Shown here piece after piece: positions 1 through 9,064 of a stretch of 32,000 nucleotides of DNA (position 1 is the stretch's first letter; the number at the start of each line of letters is the position of its first letter). The position numbers and the translations under genes were made by a program. Source of the stretch: Cylindrospermopsis raciborskii Cr2010 (GTDB lineage Bacteria; Cyanobacteriota; Cyanobacteriia; Cyanobacteriales; Nostocaceae); assembly GCF_003367075.2 (NCBI RefSeq), contig NZ_CP065936.1:1560001-1592000 (forward strand), in the 5' to 3' direction. Below the pieces are notes generated by a model. That model saw only the letters and a program-made list of their open reading frames with translations. It did no database searches and was not told where the DNA came from.

Positions 1-248
1 CAGGAGGTAATTATATAAATCCGTTCCTAAACCCAAGGTTTGATTTGTCATGGTATGGTATAAGGGTGATTTTTATCCATTATATCTTCTGCGCACTGGG
101 AGCAGAGCTGAATATGTTGAGAGATGTTGCGGTCATGCAAAAAGTTGATCTTCGTTCCCAGGTTTAAACTTATAATCTAAAAAATGTTCTTGGAGAGCCA
201 GGTGTTATTATGTGATATCATCAGCGGTTTGTATTTAAGGGGGTAAAG

Positions 249-1187
249 ATGAGTCGTCCAATTATTCTCGGTATTGTCGGTGATAGCGCTGCAGGAAAAA
301 CTACCCTCACTAGGGGTATAGCCCAGGTGCTAGGACCAGAAAATGTAACTCTCATCTGTACTGATGATTATCACCGGTATGACCGTCAGCAAAGGGCAGA
401 AACTGGCATTACTGCTCTCCATCCAGACTGTAACCATCTGGACATTATGCAACAACATTTGGCTCTTTTACGCACGGGTCAACCTATTCTCAAACCAGTC
501 TATAGTCATAAAACGGGAACCTTTGAACCACCTCAATACATTAAACCCAATAAGTTTGTCATTATTGAAGGGTTACTGGGCTATTCTACCCGTGCTGCAC
601 GTGACGCTTATGATGTCAAAGTCTATCTAGCTCCTCCAGAATCTCTACGAGCTGATTGGAAGATTAAAAGGGATACCCAAAAGCGGGGTTATACCAAAGA
701 ACAAGTGTTAGCAGAATTAGAAAAGCGGGAACCAGATTCAGAACAGTTTATTCGTCCTCAACGTCAATGGTCTGATATTGTAGTTACCTTCTATCCCCCC
801 AATGACAATGAAACAGAAAATGGTGGACATCTTAATGTCCGGTTAATCTTGCGCCCTACTATTCCCCATCCTGATTTTACTCAAATTCTTCATCCAGATA
901 ATGATGACTCAGAATCACCTGTGCGTTTGGGACTGGATAGGGATATGGGTAAACCAGTTGACGTGTTAGAAGTTGATGGACACGCAACTTTAGAACAGGT
1001 TAATAAAATAGAGCATGTTATGTGTAATGATATGCCCCATCTTAGAAATGTGTGCGATCGCGAAATTAATCCTGAACTGGGTAAGATTGCTGGCACAACT
1101 GGGGAAACTTTGCAAAGTTATCCATTGGCAATAACACAATTGATAGTTACCTATCACATGTTGAAGGCGACCCAAGGGCATTCTTAA
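249..1187 (+). CDS. Phosphoribulokinase/uridine-kinase family protein (PRK-like paralog)
   Basis: 312-aa ORF. The motifs GDSAAGKTT (P-loop), LICTDDYH, IIEGL and WKIKRD line up with cyanobacterial PRK (GDSGCGKST, ICLDDYH, VIEGL, WKIQRD as I recall them). The P-loop Cys is Ala and the C-terminal third diverges. Confidence 0.8.
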   Translation: MSRPIILGIVGDSAAGKTTLTRGIAQVLGPENVTLICTDDYHRYDRQQRAETGITALHPDCNHLDIMQQHLALLRTGQPILKPVYSHKTGTFEPPQYIKPNKFVIIEGLLGYSTRAARDAYDVKVYLAPPESLRADWKIKRDTQKRGYTKEQVLAELEKREPDSEQFIRPQRQWSDIVVTFYPPNDNETENGGHLNVRLILRPTIPHPDFTQILHPDNDDSESPVRLGLDRDMGKPVDVLEVDGHATLEQVNKIEHVMCNDMPHLRNVCDREINPELGKIAGTTGETLQSYPLAITQLIVTYHMLKATQGHS

Positions 1188-2028
1188 AGGAAGGAGCGAG
1201 GGTGTGATGAGACAAAAAGCCATACCAATCATCTAAGCCTGCACCAGTGGTAGCAGAAACTTGATAAACCCGAATGTGGGGATTAACCTTTTTCGCATAG
1301 TCAATACATTTTTCCACATCAAACTGTAAATAGGGCAATAAATCTATTTTAGTCAGGATCATAACATCACTGAGACGAAAGATGTGGGGGTATTTCATGG
1401 GTTTATCTTCCCCTTCTGTAACTGAGAGAATGACAACCTTAGTCTGCTCCCCCAGGTCAAATAATGCGGGACAGACTAAATTGCCCACATTCTCTATCAT
1501 CAATACAGAATCCAAGGGAGGTTGAAGTTCCTGTATTCCCCTTTCTATCATAGCTGCATCTAAATGACAACCTGTACCCGTATTTATTTGTATTACCTTG
1601 CAACCTGTGGATTGGATTTTTTGTGCATCGTTAGTGGTTTCCTGATCTCCTTCGATTACACTAATATTTAACTTGTGTTTTAAGTCATTAATTGTGCGAG
1701 TTAACAGAGTGGTTTTACCTGCACCTGGAGAACTCATCAGGTTGAGAGCTAGGATATTTCGCCCTTTAAACCACCCTCTATTTTGAGCAGCTATTAAATT
1801 ATTTTTGCCTAGAATTTCCTGTTCTAGTGATATGGTTGTGTGGTGAATTTTAGCATGAATATTTGCTGGAGATTGGTCATGTTGGTGATGATGTTCATGA
1901 ATATGGGAATGGCTAATTAGGGTTCCATCAGCTAGGGTATGGGTATGATAGTCCCAATTTACAGGAGGGGTATTCATATTAGTAATTCTGGCTTCTTGAT
2001 TGCTATCACATCCGCAGGTTACACACAT
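1147..2028 (-). CDS. hypB: Hydrogenase nickel-incorporation GTPase HypB
   Basis: N-terminal MCVTCGC metal-binding motif, a His-rich stretch (HSHIHEHHHQHD), the GSPGAGKTT P-loop and a CobW/HypB-type G-domain. The start overlaps the hypA stop (ATGTGTGTAA). Confidence 0.95.
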   Translation of the reverse strand: MCVTCGCDSNQEARITNMNTPPVNWDYHTHTLADGTLISHSHIHEHHHQHDQSPANIHAKIHHTTISLEQEILGKNNLIAAQNRGWFKGRNILALNLMSSPGAGKTTLLTRTINDLKHKLNISVIEGDQETTNDAQKIQSTGCKVIQINTGTGCHLDAAMIERGIQELQPPLDSVLMIENVGNLVCPALFDLGEQTKVVILSVTEGEDKPMKYPHIFRLSDVMILTKIDLLPYLQFDVEKCIDYAKKVNPHIRVYQVSATTGAGLDDWYGFLSHHTLAPSFKNALGSPSTCDR

Positions 2029-2360
2029 AATTCCTCCACTTCTATTTCCTTAATTTTTAATTCCTGACCTGTAATTAAATCCAACTGTACACTACCACAG
2101 GGACAGATTCCAAAAGGTTTATCTACCGTAAATGTGACACCACATTGTTGACATCTGGCCATTCCAGGGATCTCTATAATTTCTAATTTTGCTCCTTCAA
2201 CTATTGTACCCTGGGCACAGATATCGAAACAGAATTCTATCGCATCTGGCATTATGGCAGATAATTTACCTATTTCCAACGTCACCCGCTTAACTCGATG
2301 CTTGTGGGCATTTTCGCTGACCAGGGCAATAATGTTACGAGTTATTCCCAATTCGTGCAT
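2019..2360 (-). CDS. hypA: Hydrogenase maturation nickel metallochaperone HypA
   Basis: 113 aa with an MHELGIT N-terminus and two Cys pairs (CQQCG ... CPCGS) forming the HypA zinc site. It sits between hypE and hypB. Confidence 0.95.
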   Translation of the reverse strand: MHELGITRNIIALVSENAHKHRVKRVTLEIGKLSAIMPDAIEFCFDICAQGTIVEGAKLEIIEIPGMARCQQCGVTFTVDKPFGICPCGSVQLDLITGQELKIKEIEVEELCV

Positions 2361-2395
2361 ATTTTATATATCCTAATATCCCGAATACTATTAGA

Positions 2396-3499
2396 TTAAC
2401 ATATTCTCGGTAGCTGCTCTCCCACCAACATATCCACCATTCTTTCTGCACCAAAAACAGTTTTTAAAAAAACTATTCCAGGTAGTTGGTCAACTACTTG
2501 TCCAATAATTGCTGCTTGTTTTCCCAAGGGATGATCTTGCATGGTGGATAATACCAGTTCTGCTTGCTCCTGGGGAACAACAACCACTATTTTACCTTCG
2601 TTGGCTAAATACAATGGATCTAAACCAAGTATTTCACACATTCCAGTCACCTCCTCTCTAATGGGAATGGTCTGTTCATTGATTTTTATCCCTAGATTTG
2701 CTGTTTGGGCAAATTCGTTTAATACTGTCGCCAAACCTCCCCTAGTTACATCTCTCATAGCATGAATATCAGGACAGACCTTGATAATTTCAGCTACCAG
2801 TTCATGCAATGGTTGACTGTCGCTTTCTATATCTGTTTCTAATTCTAATTCTCCTCTAGCTATTAAAATTGCCGCACCATGATTCCCTATTTCTCCATTA
2901 ATAATTACCATATCCCCCGGTTGAATATGGCGAGGTGAAATTTTAATTCCCTGGGGTATTATCCCTATCCCAGCAGTATTAATAAATAATTTATCCGCAG
3001 AACCACGATGCACTACCTTGGTGTCTCCTGTAACTATTTGCACTCCCGCTTTTTGAGCAGCATGTTGCATACTCCCCACTACTTTTCTTAATGTTTCTAA
3101 TGGCAAACCCTCTTCTAAGATCATGCTACAACTTAAATATAGGGGTTTAGCACCCCCAACTGCCAGATCATTAATTGTGCCATTAACAGCTAAATCACCA
3201 ATATTGCCACCGGGGAAAAACAAGGGATCTACCACGTAAGAATCGGTGGTAAATGCTAATCTATCTCCCAGTTTTCCCAGGGTTGATAAATCAAAACTTG
3301 CCTGATCTTCTAATTGTGATAAAATCTCATTATGGAAATTTTTCACAAATACATCATGAATTAAATCGCTCATAGCTTTACCACCACTACCATGGGATAG
3401 GTTAATATGGCTATCTTTAACTTGATGGGAGCGACGACCTACCTGTGCTATTTTTTGAAATAGGGGATTTTGATTTTTCTGATTTTTATCTATTGCCAT
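2396..3499 (-). CDS. hypE: Hydrogenase expression/formation protein HypE (carbamoyl dehydratase)
   Basis: AIR-synthase/PurM-like fold motifs (HGSGG, DSYVV, GGNIGDLAVNGTINDLA) and the diagnostic C-terminal PRIC. The ORF extends to 3556, but that would overlap hypD. The ATG at 3499 (MAIDKNQ...) lies 8 nt after the hypD stop and is preferred. The ATG at 3532 is an alternative. Confidence 0.9.
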   Translation of the reverse strand: MAIDKNQKNQNPLFQKIAQVGRRSHQVKDSHINLSHGSGGKAMSDLIHDVFVKNFHNEILSQLEDQASFDLSTLGKLGDRLAFTTDSYVVDPLFFPGGNIGDLAVNGTINDLAVGGAKPLYLSCSMILEEGLPLETLRKVVGSMQHAAQKAGVQIVTGDTKVVHRGSADKLFINTAGIGIIPQGIKISPRHIQPGDMVIINGEIGNHGAAILIARGELELETDIESDSQPLHELVAEIIKVCPDIHAMRDVTRGGLATVLNEFAQTANLGIKINEQTIPIREEVTGMCEILGLDPLYLANEGKIVVVVPQEQAELVLSTMQDHPLGKQAAIIGQVVDQLPGIVFLKTVFGAERMVDMLVGEQLPRIC

Positions 3500-3506
3500 A
3501 CAATTG

Positions 3507-4634
3507 CTATATAAGAGCTGATAATCTGCCATATTTATAATATGCTGCACAAGCACCTTCAGAGGAAACCATACAAGTTCCTATGGGTGTTTCTGGTGTG
3601 CAAGCTGTGCCAAATACTTTACATTCCCAAGGTTTTAAAACTCCTTTAAGAATTTCTCCACATTGACAGGCTTTATGATCGGGCACTTTCAAATTGGGAA
3701 TAGTAAATTTGGCTTCTGCATCAAATTGAGCATATTCGGGACGTATTTTCAAACCAGAATTAGGAATTTCTCCCAACCCCCGCCATTCAAATTTCTCGCG
3801 AACTGTAAAAACCTGATTCATGGCTTGAATGGCATTTTGATTTCCCCCTTTCTCAACTAACCGATTATATTGGTTTTCTACTTCACACCGATTTTCTTCT
3901 ATTTGTTTTAATAACATCCATATAGATTGGAAAATATCCAATGGTTCAAATCCAGAAATGACAATCGGTTTATGATATCTTTCGGGAATAAACTCATATG
4001 GATCTGTTCCAATAACCATGCTTACATGACCTGGACCAACAAAACCATCTAGTTGTAAATCTGGATTTGCTAATAATGCTTCCAATGCTGGTATAACTAA
4101 TACATGATTGGAAAATAAACTAAAGTTTCTAATGTTTTCTGCTGCTGCTTGTAATATGGTAAATGCAGTGCTAGGAGCAGTGGTTTCAAATCCTAAACCA
4201 AAAAATACTATCTCTTTTTCAGGGTTTTCCTTGGCAATCTTTAAACTATCCAGAGGAGAATAGACCATTCTAATATCTGCTCCCTCAGCTTTTGCTTGTA
4301 ACAAGCTGGTTTTAGACCCTGGAACCCTCATAGCATCCCCAAAAGTAGTGAAAATAATCTGCTGGTTTTGGCAAAGGGCGATCGCATCATCTACTCTACC
4401 TTTTGGCATGACACATACCGGACATCCAGGTCCATGAATCAGTTCAATATTATCTGGTAATATTTCCTCAATGCCATATTTAAAAATCGCATGGGTGTGA
4501 CCACCACACACTTCCATTATTTTCAGGTGTTTGTTTTTGTGGGAATTTCTTGAGATTTGAAGACTCAGTTGTGCAATTTCTTTTTGTAAACCTTGAGCTT
4601 TTTCGGGGTTACGGAATTCATCTACATATTTCAT
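3507..4634 (-). CDS. hypD: Hydrogenase formation protein HypD
   Basis: 375 aa with MKYVDEFR at the N-terminus and the CGGHTH, GPGCPVCV and FETTAP motifs typical of HypD. Confidence 0.95.
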   Translation of the reverse strand: MKYVDEFRNPEKAQGLQKEIAQLSLQISRNSHKNKHLKIMEVCGGHTHAIFKYGIEEILPDNIELIHGPGCPVCVMPKGRVDDAIALCQNQQIIFTTFGDAMRVPGSKTSLLQAKAEGADIRMVYSPLDSLKIAKENPEKEIVFFGLGFETTAPSTAFTILQAAAENIRNFSLFSNHVLVIPALEALLANPDLQLDGFVGPGHVSMVIGTDPYEFIPERYHKPIVISGFEPLDIFQSIWMLLKQIEENRCEVENQYNRLVEKGGNQNAIQAMNQVFTVREKFEWRGLGEIPNSGLKIRPEYAQFDAEAKFTIPNLKVPDHKACQCGEILKGVLKPWECKVFGTACTPETPIGTCMVSSEGACAAYYKYGRLSALI

Positions 4635-4649
4635 AATTTTACCAAGGTG

Positions 4650-4928
4650 TTATAAATCGCTCCTTTGCAGGTCTTTAGTATCACCATAACTGTTAGCAAT
4701 TTCCTGTAAAAGGGCTAAGGTTTCTGCTGCTTCCTGTTCATTAATTCTGTTCATAGCAAAACCCACATGAACTAACACCCAATCTCCGAGACATTTTTCG
4801 GGTGGGTGTTCCTCATCAACAATACATGCTATATTGATTTGACGCTTAACTCCTCCAACCTTAACTATTGCTAGTTTATGTTCTGGATTGCTGATTTCTA
4901 TTATTTGTCCAGGTATTCCTAAACACAT
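4650..4928 (-). CDS. hypC: Hydrogenase assembly chaperone HypC/HupF family
   Basis: 92 aa with the canonical MCLGIPGQI N-terminus (essential Cys2). It lies directly upstream of hypD. Confidence 0.95.
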   Translation of the reverse strand: MCLGIPGQIIEISNPEHKLAIVKVGGVKRQINIACIVDEEHPPEKCLGDWVLVHVGFAMNRINEQEAAETLALLQEIANSYGDTKDLQRSDL

Positions 4929-5036
4929 ATCTTTTTCTCGACCTAATTAGAGTTTACTAGAGTTTAACATACATCTTTGGAAAGAAAATGTGGCGTTGCA
5001 CAATAATTGAGGTTCAATCATCTGATATCTACCGCT

Positions 5037-6584
5037 CTAGCTACGAATCACTGTAATGGTTCTTCCCTCTCGACTAATGGCCTGTTCCATACTAATCCTC
5101 TCACCCATGGGTGGTAATCCCGGACGGTGATCAAAAATTACTAACCAACCTCTATCTAATCCTAACCCACCCAGATACTTATCCAATTGGGTCAAACCCT
5201 TCGTTAACGGATCCGATTTTCCCCTCCAAACCTTTAACTCTATGCCCATCACTACCTTGCCATAGCGTAAACAAATATCCATTCTTCCAGAACCAACGGC
5301 ATATTCCCGTTCTAAAGTGCCACCACCATTCACTACCCGATGTAAAAACGCCATCAAAACTAAATGGGGAGCAATTTCATGATAAGGCGCACTTTTGAGT
5401 AATGGTTCCCCATGTTGTCGCCAAAACTCTAGGAAAGCATTTAAGAGTTTGTCAGGATTTAAAGTATTATCAGTATTTAACCAAGTAGGTTGAATCTGGG
5501 GTAGACTATCCTGACTACCCTGGGACAAAACACGAGGAATCACCTCCTGGTAAATGGGATTGGCAATGGTTAGTCCTCCCAAGGGACTGCGCTTTACCAA
5601 GCCTAAATCTAGCAAGAAACGGCGATCATCCTCTGGGGTATCTGGTAAGTCCGATCCAGCTAACATGGGTTGAATAATGGCTTTGACCCGATCTTCCCGT
5701 AAGCGCTCTGCCAAACTATCCAAATGGGTATCCTGGCGCTGAATCAGAACTTCTTTGGCTTGGTTAATTACTTCAGCGGTAATGGGTTGAGTAATATCTT
5801 TCACTAACACCTGAGTGGCTTGACGAGCTAGGGCGTTTACTAACCATGGTTGCCCATCGGTTAAATAAAATGCTTGTTTAATTGCTTCCGGGGTAAAAAT
5901 TTGTCCTGTAGCTTGCGTATGTTGTAAGTAAAGTTCTTCCACCTCTGACAGAGTGAAATTACTTAAAGTCAAGGATTCCGCTTTGATATTGAAAGGACTT
6001 GACGTATTCAGTCGTTCACTTCCACCAGATTTAACCTTATAGTCCCGCACATCCCGCATACCAATTAACCCCACCGAATGGGGAAATCCCCGAGGACGAC
6101 GGGGAAAACCTGAGCGTAATTGTCTTAAAATTAGGATTAAAGCTTCATCTGTTAGGGAATCGATTTCATCTAAAAAGATTACAAGAGGTCTTGGAGATTG
6201 TGCGGACCACTCACTTAAAGTTTTGCCTATTCCTGAGTCTGTTTCACGCTCTGGCCAATAGGATGGTTGTAGTTCTTTGGGTAAATAAAATTTGATTGCC
6301 TGTTTCCATTCTTCTAAAATAACCTGCTCCGCTTGCTGGGGATTATGGGAGAATACTGATCCCACTTCAACGGAAAGCATAACTGCGGTATATTTTCCAC
6401 TATCAGTCAATTCTCGTGCTAAGGCTATCATAGCTGTAGTTTTGCCGACTTGTCGCGGCGCGTGAATTATAAAGTAGTTTTCTCCGTCAATTAGTGCTTT
6501 CAAATCCGGTAGTCGAGCTGTGGGAGAGAGCATATAGTGGATTTCGGATTTACAGGGTCCAGCAGTATTAAAGTATTTAGGCAT
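5037..6584 (-). CDS. AAA-type ATPase fused to a C-terminal PD-(D/E)XK nuclease-like domain (function unknown)
   Basis: 515 aa. Walker A is HAPRQVGKTT and Walker B is LVIFLDEIDSL. The C-terminus has GRMDI-x11-GIELKVW, a D...ExK nuclease-type motif. The N-terminal YFNTAGPC...HYML signature matches a widespread family of orphan ATP-binding proteins. The gene is inserted between hypF and hypC. Confidence 0.8.
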   Translation of the reverse strand: MPKYFNTAGPCKSEIHYMLSPTARLPDLKALIDGENYFIIHAPRQVGKTTAMIALARELTDSGKYTAVMLSVEVGSVFSHNPQQAEQVILEEWKQAIKFYLPKELQPSYWPERETDSGIGKTLSEWSAQSPRPLVIFLDEIDSLTDEALILILRQLRSGFPRRPRGFPHSVGLIGMRDVRDYKVKSGGSERLNTSSPFNIKAESLTLSNFTLSEVEELYLQHTQATGQIFTPEAIKQAFYLTDGQPWLVNALARQATQVLVKDITQPITAEVINQAKEVLIQRQDTHLDSLAERLREDRVKAIIQPMLAGSDLPDTPEDDRRFLLDLGLVKRSPLGGLTIANPIYQEVIPRVLSQGSQDSLPQIQPTWLNTDNTLNPDKLLNAFLEFWRQHGEPLLKSAPYHEIAPHLVLMAFLHRVVNGGGTLEREYAVGSGRMDICLRYGKVVMGIELKVWRGKSDPLTKGLTQLDKYLGGLGLDRGWLVIFDHRPGLPPMGERISMEQAISREGRTITVIRS

Positions 6585-6630
6585 AATTGTGAGCTATAAT
6601 TTAGATTGATTCTTGGGTCGGAACGCTTAG

Positions 6631-9030
6631 TTAGGCATTTTGCCCACATCTAGCTGCAACAATCATAGCTTGTCCCAGAGATATTCCTCCATCATTTGGA
6701 GGTACTTTACTATGGGTAAAAACTTCCATGCCCATATTTTGCAGTAATTTAGTTGTTTGCTGCAAAAGAATTCGGTTTTGAAATACTCCCCCGGTTAGTG
6801 CTACTTGATTAGTTTTATATTCTTGACTCAATTGTTTAACTGTTTCTATAATCAAATGGGCTAGAGTTAGGTGAAACTTGGCAGCTATTTCCCCTATTCC
6901 AACTTGTTGGTTTATATCCTCTAAGATTCCTTTCCATATAGAAGCTGTGTTTACATAGTACATTCCATCTAACTTTTCAATATTTTGATGTGATGGATAA
7001 CTGGATATATCATTTAGTATTTCAGGACTAATACAGGACTCCATTTCTATAGCTGCTTGTCCCTCGTAGGTACATTCTTCTCGACAAATGCCAATTGCTG
7101 CTGCTACCGCATCAAATAACCTACCAACAGATGATACAAGGGGTGAGTTAATATTTTTTTCCACCATTTGATCTAGCAATTTCAAAGGTTGTTTTTGTAG
7201 AAACTGCACAATTTCTAGAGATGGATATTGTTCTTGAACCTCTTGCCAATTTAAAGCACTATTGAGGTGAGCATAAGTATTTCTCCAGGGTTGATAAATA
7301 GATTGTTTTCCCCCTATCATAGGTACTGGTTTAAAGGTAGCCAGTCTTTGGTAATTAGAATAATCAGCCAGGAAAAATTCTCCTCCCCAGAAATTACCAT
7401 CTTCTCCATATCCTAAACCATCAAAAGCTACACCTAATACTGGCTGGCTATTTAAAGGTATTTTGTTTTCCGCTAGACAAGCTGCAATGTGAGCATGATG
7501 ATGTGGAATTTCATAAAGTTGGATTTCATTACTGACTGCTAATTGTCTACCCAGTTTTGATGATAAATATTCCGGATGTTTATCAATGGCAATAATTGCT
7601 GGTTTATGGGCGAATAAATTGAGATATAAATTTAGGGTTTCTTGATAGGTAGCAAAAGCGGAGGCATTTTCTAAATCTCCTAAATGTTGTGATAAAATAG
7701 CCTCACCTGCTCTCAATAAACAAAAGGTGTTTTTCAATTCCCCACCCATGGCTAAAATAGGTGGTGTCTTTTCAAGACCTTGTGGTAAAATAATCGGTGC
7801 TGGTGCATATCCCCTAGCGCGTCTGAGAATTTGGATTTTTTGATTAACTACTCTCACTACTGAATCATCTACTCGGTTAATAATATCTCGATTATGTAAT
7901 AAAAAATAATCAGCTATTGGAGCTAACTTTTTTTTAGCATCTGAATTATCAATACATTGAGGTTCATCGGCAATATTACCACTGGTCAGAACTATGGGAA
8001 CATTCATTCTCCTGAGAATTAAATGATGTAAAGGAGTATAGGGCAACATAAAACCCAGAGTGTTTTGACCAGGTGCGATCGCCCTGGCTATGGGATTCCC
8101 TATTTGGGATTTGACTGAGTTAGGTGGCAAGTTATTTTGGGGATTAATTTTTAATAAAACAATTGGTGCAGCAGGACTAGTTAATAAATCTTTTTCTAAA
8201 TCAGAAATCTGACAATATTGAGATATTATATTGATATCTCTAGCCATTAAAGCAAAAGGTTTATGATAACGTTTTTTTCGCTGTCGTAATTTTTCAACTA
8301 CAGTTTCTTGGGTAGCATCACAAGCTAAATGGAAACCGCCTAACCCTTTAATAGCAACGATTTCACCTTTTTGTAATAAAGTACAAACTGCATCAACCTC
8401 ATCCAACATAGAAAACATATCCCCAGTGATAGGTTGACCATCAGCACGTTCTAACCATGCGCGGGGACCACAACGAAAACAAGCTACGGGTTGAGCGTGG
8501 AAACGTCTATTATTCACATCTTCATATTCCTGGTTACATTCTCCACACATAGGAAAATCTACCATGCTAGTATTATTTCTATCGTAGGGAATGGCCTGCA
8601 TAATACTTAACCGTGGTCCACAATGGGTACAGTTAGTAAAGGGGTAGCGGAAATAACGACTAAAGGGATCAAAAATTTCCTTTTGACATTCATCACAGGT
8701 TGCAGCATCGGGAACAATTTCCGTTTTCACTGGTGTTTCCATACTGGGAGAAATGATAAATTCTTTGAGTTCATCACCATGGAAATCATTAGACCCAGAA
8801 AGTGGACTCCTGATTAGTTCATGAATTTGAGCTAGGGGTGGACAGTGGTCATACAGTTGCTGCACAAAAGCAGTTATCTTTTCCTCACTCCCTACAATCC
8901 GGATTAAAACTCCATCCCCATCATTACATACATCTCCTTTTAAACCAGCATTTTTAGCCAAGCGGTAAACCGTGGGACGAAAACCTACACCCTGAACAGT
9001 ACCCCTAACTCTTATTTGCTCTGTTCTCAT
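6631..9030 (-). CDS. hypF: Carbamoyltransferase HypF
   Basis: 799 aa. It has an N-terminal acylphosphatase domain (VRGTVQGVGFRP), paired CxxC zinc-finger motifs (CDECQKE, CTHCGPR, CGECNQE, CFRCGPR), a YrdC-like region and a Kae1-like C-terminus. Confidence 0.95.
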   Translation of the reverse strand: MRTEQIRVRGTVQGVGFRPTVYRLAKNAGLKGDVCNDGDGVLIRIVGSEEKITAFVQQLYDHCPPLAQIHELIRSPLSGSNDFHGDELKEFIISPSMETPVKTEIVPDAATCDECQKEIFDPFSRYFRYPFTNCTHCGPRLSIMQAIPYDRNNTSMVDFPMCGECNQEYEDVNNRRFHAQPVACFRCGPRAWLERADGQPITGDMFSMLDEVDAVCTLLQKGEIVAIKGLGGFHLACDATQETVVEKLRQRKKRYHKPFALMARDINIISQYCQISDLEKDLLTSPAAPIVLLKINPQNNLPPNSVKSQIGNPIARAIAPGQNTLGFMLPYTPLHHLILRRMNVPIVLTSGNIADEPQCIDNSDAKKKLAPIADYFLLHNRDIINRVDDSVVRVVNQKIQILRRARGYAPAPIILPQGLEKTPPILAMGGELKNTFCLLRAGEAILSQHLGDLENASAFATYQETLNLYLNLFAHKPAIIAIDKHPEYLSSKLGRQLAVSNEIQLYEIPHHHAHIAACLAENKIPLNSQPVLGVAFDGLGYGEDGNFWGGEFFLADYSNYQRLATFKPVPMIGGKQSIYQPWRNTYAHLNSALNWQEVQEQYPSLEIVQFLQKQPLKLLDQMVEKNINSPLVSSVGRLFDAVAAAIGICREECTYEGQAAIEMESCISPEILNDISSYPSHQNIEKLDGMYYVNTASIWKGILEDINQQVGIGEIAAKFHLTLAHLIIETVKQLSQEYKTNQVALTGGVFQNRILLQQTTKLLQNMGMEVFTHSKVPPNDGGISLGQAMIVAARCGQNA

Positions 9031-9064
9031 GTTTTTACTGCAAAAGCATATTCATATTATATTC

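Noticed and set aside
364-1232. Nested and antisense ORFs inside the PRK-like gene (364..630 +, 890..1096 -, 990..1232 -). Similar shadow ORFs lie inside hypE, hypD, hypF, coxA, coxC, gcvP, trmFO, ribH, psbZ and the 912-aa gene.
   Set aside because: All lie within, or antisense to, well-supported longer genes and have no motifs of their own. They are typical shadow ORFs.
3500-3556. An N-terminal 19-aa extension of HypE (MLVQHIINMADYQLLYSNC) that would overlap hypD by 50 bp.
   Set aside because: The internal ATG at 3499 gives a compact, non-overlapping hypD-hypE junction and a normal distance to the HGSGG motif. The longer form cannot be excluded without proteomics.
4947-4966. A tandem 10-mer, TAGAGTTTAC TAGAGTTTAA, just downstream of the hypC start region and beside the ATPase insert. 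It might be a target-site duplication.
   Set aside because: No matching copy lies on the other side of the ATPase gene (6585-6630), so it does not bracket the insert. It is probably a local slippage duplication.
5037-9030. Toxin (cyr) or other secondary-metabolite genes at the hyp locus.
   Set aside because: No PKS, NRPS, amidinotransferase or tailoring-enzyme ORFs are present. Only the single ATPase/nuclease-like gene interrupts the cluster.
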